Part shown: positions 27,107 to 32,000 of the stretch, in pieces | Layout of the letters: every line of letters starts with the position of its first letter | Position numbering within the stretch: the first letter of the stretch is position 1 | NCBI RefSeq assembly: GCF_000025125.1 | Contig: NC_013771.1 | Coordinates: 330,001 to 362,000 of the forward strand | DNA: 32,000 nt | Origin: Candidatus Atelocyanobacterium thalassa isolate ALOHA | Lineage (GTDB): Bacteria > Cyanobacteriota > Cyanobacteriia > Cyanobacteriales > Microcystaceae | Direction of reading: 5' to 3' | Program-made: the position numbers and the translations under genes | The notes under the pieces: generated by a model | Told to the model about the DNA's origin: nothing | What the model saw: only the letters and a program-made list of their open reading frames with translations | The model's database searches: none

Positions 27107-29671
27107 ATGACAATCCCTCAGGATCGAATTATCCCAACAGATTTAAGTAATGAGATGTCTCGTTCTTATTTAGAATATGCAATGAGCGTAATTGTAGGAC
27201 GAGCTTTACCTGATGCAAGGGATGGTTTAAAACCTGTTCATAGACGTATTTTATACGCTATGTATGAACTAGGATTAGTTCCGGAAAAGCCTTTTCGTAA
27301 ATGTGCTCGTGTTGTAGGAGAAGTTTTAGGGAAATATCATCCCCATGGAGATACGGCTGTTTATGATGCTTTAGTACGTATGGCCCAGAATTTCTCTATG
27401 CGTAGTCCTTTGGTTGATGGACATGGGAATTTTGGCTCAATAGACAATGATCCTCCCGCAGCTATGCGTTATACAGAGTGTCGTCTTAGAAATCTTTCAA
27501 CTGATGCTTTACTCCGAGATATAGAATTTGAAACTGTAGATTTTGCAGATAATTTTGATGGTTCTCAAAAGGAACCTGTTGTTCTTCCTTCTAGAATACC
27601 GCAGCTTCTTCTTAATGGTTCCTCTGGTATCGCTGTAGGTATGGCGACTAATATTCCTCCACATAATTTAGGGGAACTGATTGATGGAACTATTGCTTTA
27701 ATACATAATCCAGAGCTAGAAGAGAAAGATCTTATTAAAATAATTCCAGGACCTGACTTTCCTACAGGAGGACAGATATTAGGCCGCTCAGGTATCCATG
27801 AGGCTTATATGACAGGTCGTGGTTCCATAACAATGAGAGGAGTCGCCCAAATTGAAACTTTGGAATATCAAGGACGTTCCAACAGAGACGCAATTATTAT
27901 TACTCAGTTGCCATATCAAACAAATAAATCTGCTTTAATTGAGCGCATAGCTGATATGGTGAACGATAAACGTATTGATGGAATTTCCGACATTCGGGAT
28001 GAAAGTGATCGTGAAGGAATGCGTATTGTAATCGAGTTAAAAAGAGACGCACATTCCAGAGTAGTTCTTAATAATATTTATAAGCAAACTCCTGTCCAAG
28101 CAAATTTTGGAGCCAATATGCTAGCTTTGGTGAAGGGAGAACCGCAACTCCTAACTCTAAAAAACTTCCTTACTGTTTTCATTAGTTTCCGAGTAGAAAC
28201 TATTATTCGACGTTCCAAGTATGAACTTAGAAAGGCAGAAGAAAGAAATCATTTATTACAAGGACTTCTTATTGCTTTAGATAGCCTAGATCCTATTATC
28301 TCTATTATTCGTAGTGCAGATGATTCAATAACTGCAAAGAAAAAACTAATAGATCAATTTGAACTATCTGATGTTCAAGCAGATGCTATTTTGCAAATGC
28401 AACTACGTCGTCTTACTGCTTTAGAAGCAGAAAAAATACATGCTGAACATAAAGAGTTACAAATAAAAATTGCTAACTTAAATGATATTTTATCTAAAAA
28501 AGAAAGAATAGAAGCCATTATAGAAGAAGAATTAGTTCAAATTAAGAATATTCACGGCACTCCTAGATGTACGGAAATTATTCATGATGAAGGAGAAATT
28601 GTAGATACTGATCTTATCGCTAATGAACAAGCTATCATACTTCTTACTGAGCAAGGGTATATAAAAAGAATGCCTGTTAGCTCTTTCGATGCACAGCAAA
28701 GAGCAACGAGAGGAAAAGCTGGAGCAAAAATAAAAGAAAACGATGTGGTAGAACATTTTTTAACTTGTTGTGATCACGATGTAGTCCTTCTCTTTAGTGA
28801 CAGAGGAGTCGTTTATGCTACTAATGCTTATCAAATTCCATCTTCCTCAAGAACGTCAAGAGGGGTTCCTATCGTACAGATGTTGTCTATCTCAAAAAGT
28901 GAAAAAATAACTTCTATTATTTCAGTTAGTGAATTTAAAGAAGATATCTTTTTAGTAATGCTGACTCGTCAGGGCTATATTAAGAAAACCGCTCTTTCTG
29001 CTTTTAGTAATATAAGGACTAATGGATTAATAGCTATTTCACTCGGAGAAGGAGATCAATTACGGTGGGTTAGATTAACTAGAGAAGAGGATAGTGTAAT
29101 CCTTGGTACTCGACTAGGAATGGCTATTCATTTTCATGCAGATCACCAACAGCTACGACCTCTTGGTAGGGCTACAAGAGGTGTAAAGTCTATGAGATTA
29201 AAGAAAAAAGATGAATTAATTAGTATGGATATTCTTTCTGCTCAAGTAACTATAGGAGTCGAGGAATCTCAAGATAACGAAGAGGTATTGGAAATAGAAC
29301 CTGAAGAATTGACTGAAAAAGAAACTAGTCTAGGACCATGGATTTTAGCTATTACCAATAAAGGTTATGGAAAAAGAATTCCTATTACTCAATTTCGCTT
29401 ACAGCGTCGTGCTGGCATGGGAGTAAGAGCAATTAAATTTAAATCGGGAAAAGATAATTTAACGTCACTTCGTGTTGTAAATGCAGAAGATGAATTAATG
29501 ATTGTTTCGAATCGAGGTATTATTATTAGACAAGCTGTAAAAGCAATTTCTTTACAATCTCGTTCTGCTACAGGGGTTAGAGTACAAAGGCTGGATGAAG
29601 ATGATGCTATTGCTGCAGTTGCTCTTGTACCTCCTGTACCTGAAGAAGATGGAGAAAATGAAGAGATTTAA
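27107..29671 (+). CDS. gyrA: DNA gyrase subunit A
   Basis: The ORF has the motifs [23 protein letters not shown] and the active-site AAMRYTE, plus a C-terminal beta-pinwheel with a GyrA-box-like [10 protein letters not shown]. The track start is a GTG at 27086, and the ATG at 27107 ([10 protein letters not shown]) is the more likely start. Confidence 0.96.
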   Translation: MTIPQDRIIPTDLSNEMSRSYLEYAMSVIVGRALPDARDGLKPVHRRILYAMYELGLVPEKPFRKCARVVGEVLGKYHPHGDTAVYDALVRMAQNFSMRSPLVDGHGNFGSIDNDPPAAMRYTECRLRNLSTDALLRDIEFETVDFADNFDGSQKEPVVLPSRIPQLLLNGSSGIAVGMATNIPPHNLGELIDGTIALIHNPELEEKDLIKIIPGPDFPTGGQILGRSGIHEAYMTGRGSITMRGVAQIETLEYQGRSNRDAIIITQLPYQTNKSALIERIADMVNDKRIDGISDIRDESDREGMRIVIELKRDAHSRVVLNNIYKQTPVQANFGANMLALVKGEPQLLTLKNFLTVFISFRVETIIRRSKYELRKAEERNHLLQGLLIALDSLDPIISIIRSADDSITAKKKLIDQFELSDVQADAILQMQLRRLTALEAEKIHAEHKELQIKIANLNDILSKKERIEAIIEEELVQIKNIHGTPRCTEIIHDEGEIVDTDLIANEQAIILLTEQGYIKRMPVSSFDAQQRATRGKAGAKIKENDVVEHFLTCCDHDVVLLFSDRGVVYATNAYQIPSSSRTSRGVPIVQMLSISKSEKITSIISVSEFKEDIFLVMLTRQGYIKKTALSAFSNIRTNGLIAISLGEGDQLRWVRLTREEDSVILGTRLGMAIHFHADHQQLRPLGRATRGVKSMRLKKKDELISMDILSAQVTIGVEESQDNEEVLEIEPEELTEKETSLGPWILAITNKGYGKRIPITQFRLQRRAGMGVRAIKFKSGKDNLTSLRVVNAEDELMIVSNRGIIIRQAVKAISLQSRSATGVRVQRLDEDDAIAAVALVPPVPEEDGENEEI

Positions 29672-29690
29672 TCTATAAATTAAATCTCTT
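29661..29690. terminator. 12-bp perfect hairpin between convergent gyrA and ftsH, overlapping the gyrA stop codon
   Basis: aagagatttaat (29661..29672) pairs with attaaatctctt (29679..29690) around a 6-nt loop. The gyrA TAA (29669..29671) lies inside the 5' arm. The whole gyrA-ftsH spacer is only 35 nt. Confidence 0.5.
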
Positions 29691-29706
29691 ACAAATTTGT
29701 CAATAA

Positions 29707-31623
29707 TTAATCAGAAACAACTTTAGTTTGTAACGAAGATTGATTTAATAGTTGACGAAATTCTTCTCCTTCTATAGTTTCTTTATCAATTAGCACATCA
29801 ACTAAGTGATCAACTAATGTACGATTATCAGAAATTATTTTTTGTGCTTTTTGATAGCAAAGTTTAACTATAGAACGGACTTGTAAATCAATCTTTTCTG
29901 CAACTCCCTCAGAATAATCAGATTGAACAGCATTGTCAAAACCAAAAGAACTTTTATCATCCTTCTCAAGTGCTACTAAGCCTAACTCTGACATTCCAAA
30001 ACGAGTAACCATTTGTCTCGCTAAGTAAGTTACTTTTTCAAGATCATTACCTGCCCCTGTAGTAACTTCATCTTGTCCAAAAATCACCTCTTCTGCAACA
30101 CGTCCTCCCAGAAGACCAGATATTCTAGCTAATATTTGATTGCGAGTAATTAATGCGGATTCTTCTTCGGGAGTAAACCAGGTCAACCCTTTTGCTTGCC
30201 CTCTAGGTATTAAAGTTACTTTTTCAACTGATTCATGTTCAGGAATTATTGTCCCTACTAAAGCATGACCAATTTCATGATATGCAATCAACCTTTTACT
30301 TTTACTATCAATCAGAGGTGCTCCCTCCATACCAGCAACAACTCTATCTATAGCGTCATAAATTTCTGTCATAGAAATAGTTTTCTTCCTTCTCCTAGCT
30401 GTAAAAATTGCGGCTTCATTCAAGAGATTAGCTAGATCAGCACCTGTAAAACCTGGGGTGCGTCTAGCAATAGTTTCCAATGAAACACTTTCGCTAATTT
30501 TTTTATTCCGTGAGTGAACTTCTAAAATACCTTGTCTTCCTTTAAGATCAGGATAATCAACGATGACCTGTCTATCAAACCTTCCAGGTCTTGATAAAGC
30601 CGCATCTAAAACATCAGGACGATTAGTAGCGGCAATTAAAATTATTCCTGAATTTCCTTCAAAACCATCCATTTCAGTTAATAGCTGATTAAGAGTTTGT
30701 TCTCTTTCATCATTACCACCGCCATATCCGACTCCTCTTTGACGACCAACAGCATCTATTTCATCAATAAATATTAGACAGGGAGTATTTTCTTTAGCTT
30801 TTTTAAATAGATCTCTAACTCGTGAAGCACCAACACCTACAAACATTTCTACGAATTCTGAACCAGAGATGCTAAAAAAAGGTACTCCAGCTTCTCCAGC
30901 TATCGCTTTAGCTAGAAGAGTTTTACCAGTCCCTGGAGGACCAACTAGTAGTACTCCTTTAGGGATTTTTGCTCCAATAGCAGTAAACTTTTCTGGCTCT
31001 TTAAGAAAAGTTACAATTTCTTGTAACTCTTCTTTTGCTTCATCAATTCCAGCTACATCTTCAAAAGAGATACCTGTAGTTACCTCCATTTGAAAACGAG
31101 CTTTAGATTTACTAAAGTTAGTTGTCTGACCTGAGATATTTGTGGATCTTCGAACAATAGTAATAACAATTACCAATATTAGAAGTAAAATTGGAACTTG
31201 GAGAAGCAAACGTACTGCAGTAGAATTATCTGATGACGGACTGTAGTCAATTTTTACGTTATTAGCTTTTAAACTCTGAATCAATTCAGGATTTTTCTCA
31301 AATAGAGTAACTTGTTCAACTATATCGTTGTTGTTAAAGTTAACTTGTGCTTTTTGTAATCTAGGATCGATCTCAATTAGACTTATTTTGCCTGATTTGA
31401 CATCTTCGAGTAATTTACTGTAATTATAAGAATCTTTTTTTTGTTGTCCAAAACAAGGAGAAGACATCAATAATAGATTCAACAAGATACTGGCAGCTAT
31501 TACATTGTTCGTTTTTTTAAACTTAAGTCTATTAGAGTTTAAGCATGGCATATTTTTCTTATGCATTATATTTGATTTGTATTTTTGCTTTAATAAAGTT
31601 GAAAAATATTTCATATTTTTCAA
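29707..31623 (-). CDS. ftsH: ATP-dependent zinc metalloprotease FtsH
   Basis: The ORF has an AAA+ Walker A GPPGTGKT, Walker [10 protein letters not shown], the SRH region and the zinc site HEIGHA. The start is ambiguous: TTG at 31623, or in-frame ATGs at 31614, 31566 and 31551. Confidence 0.96.
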   Translation of the reverse strand: MKNMKYFSTLLKQKYKSNIMHKKNMPCLNSNRLKFKKTNNVIAASILLNLLLMSSPCFGQQKKDSYNYSKLLEDVKSGKISLIEIDPRLQKAQVNFNNNDIVEQVTLFEKNPELIQSLKANNVKIDYSPSSDNSTAVRLLLQVPILLLILVIVITIVRRSTNISGQTTNFSKSKARFQMEVTTGISFEDVAGIDEAKEELQEIVTFLKEPEKFTAIGAKIPKGVLLVGPPGTGKTLLAKAIAGEAGVPFFSISGSEFVEMFVGVGASRVRDLFKKAKENTPCLIFIDEIDAVGRQRGVGYGGGNDEREQTLNQLLTEMDGFEGNSGIILIAATNRPDVLDAALSRPGRFDRQVIVDYPDLKGRQGILEVHSRNKKISESVSLETIARRTPGFTGADLANLLNEAAIFTARRRKKTISMTEIYDAIDRVVAGMEGAPLIDSKSKRLIAYHEIGHALVGTIIPEHESVEKVTLIPRGQAKGLTWFTPEEESALITRNQILARISGLLGGRVAEEVIFGQDEVTTGAGNDLEKVTYLARQMVTRFGMSELGLVALEKDDKSSFGFDNAVQSDYSEGVAEKIDLQVRSIVKLCYQKAQKIISDNRTLVDHLVDVLIDKETIEGEEFRQLLNQSSLQTKVVSD

Positions 31624-31693
31624 CTTGAAGAAATTTTTATTATTAATAAAGATGAAATAGCATTCTTGTATAAGATTTGAAAAAACGATTTGT

Positions 31694-31963
31694 TTATGAT
31701 TTTGAATTAGGATTTATCGTTTTTTTTAAATAATCACTACCAATTAAACTATTTCCAATTCCCTGTAAAATTCCTTTACCTACTAATCCAATGCTACGAC
31801 CGATTATTTGGGTTAGAAGATAAACTATGGCATTTCCAGATGTTTTCAATAGAGAACTTAAAGGTAATGCTATGGCATCTCTAATTTCTAAAATAATTGT
31901 AACAGACCAGCGTATTCTAGTTAATTTATTAAGTTCTTCTTGTCTAGCTGCGTAAACAAACAT
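31694..31963 (-). CDS. Hypothetical 89-aa protein
   Basis: The ORF is on the same strand as ftsH and upstream of it. It has a hydrophobic, Gly-rich segment ([19 protein letters not shown]). I recognise no family. Confidence 0.35.
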   Translation of the reverse strand: MFVYAARQEELNKLTRIRWSVTIILEIRDAIALPLSSLLKTSGNAIVYLLTQIIGRSIGLVGKGILQGIGNSLIGSDYLKKTINPNSKS

Positions 31964-32000
31964 AAGATTTATTCCTTTATCTTCTAAGAAAAAAAGTTGA

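Noticed and set aside
28532-28756. 74-aa minus-strand ORF inside gyrA
   Set aside because: It is antisense to gyrA, with an F/S/I-rich low-complexity translation.
30869-31093. 74-aa + strand ORF inside ftsH
   Set aside because: It is antisense to the AAA+ domain of ftsH. The P/G/S-rich translation mirrors the GPPGTGKT region, so it is a shadow ORF.
1-32000. Search for CRISPR arrays, tRNAs, rRNAs, transposases, integrases, phage, toxin-antitoxin or known defence genes
   Set aside because: I found no regularly spaced direct repeats and no cloverleaf-compatible GC-rich 70-90 nt blocks. No ORFs carry nuclease, transposase or integrase motifs. Every sizeable ORF is accounted for by housekeeping or conserved cyanobacterial families.

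Overview
This is an AT-rich window (roughly 30% G+C by eye, not computed). It is compact and almost entirely housekeeping, with a clear cyanobacterial gene set: ftrC, an HLIP, crtR, a DUF3288 protein, a lysA-cdaA-uppS operon, an rpmH-rnpA...yidC cluster, and one HIP1 octamer. That gene set, the long AT-rich spacers, the missing neighbour genes and two genes with broken reading frames suggest a genome-reduced, possibly endosymbiotic cyanobacterium of the Cyanothece/Crocosphaera type. That placement is inference and cannot be verified here. I support about 29 protein-coding genes. Three are too short for the ORF track and were found by manual translation: rpmH, an HLIP gene and the +1-frame tail of murD. 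A truncated dxs start at the left edge was also found by hand. There is also one clear RNA gene, RNase P RNA (rnpB), hidden under a spurious + strand ORF. I saw no tRNA, rRNA, CRISPR array, transposase, integrase, phage gene or recognisable defence or toxin system. I did not find a convincing novel multi-gene system. The observations most worth a second look are: (1) murD is split by a 1-nt frame change whose 0-frame ends CTT-AGG-TAA; (2) a TerB-like gene is split at an A8 tract; (3) there are several unrelated, perfectly paired 26-30 bp palindromes, one abutting a start codon and two swallowing stop codons; (4) a loose neighbourhood holds an ABCD/SbmA-type ABC exporter, a small membrane ORF and an orphan two-domain SagB-type dehydrogenase. 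All calls come from reading the translations and sequence by eye. No database search or RNA folding was run.
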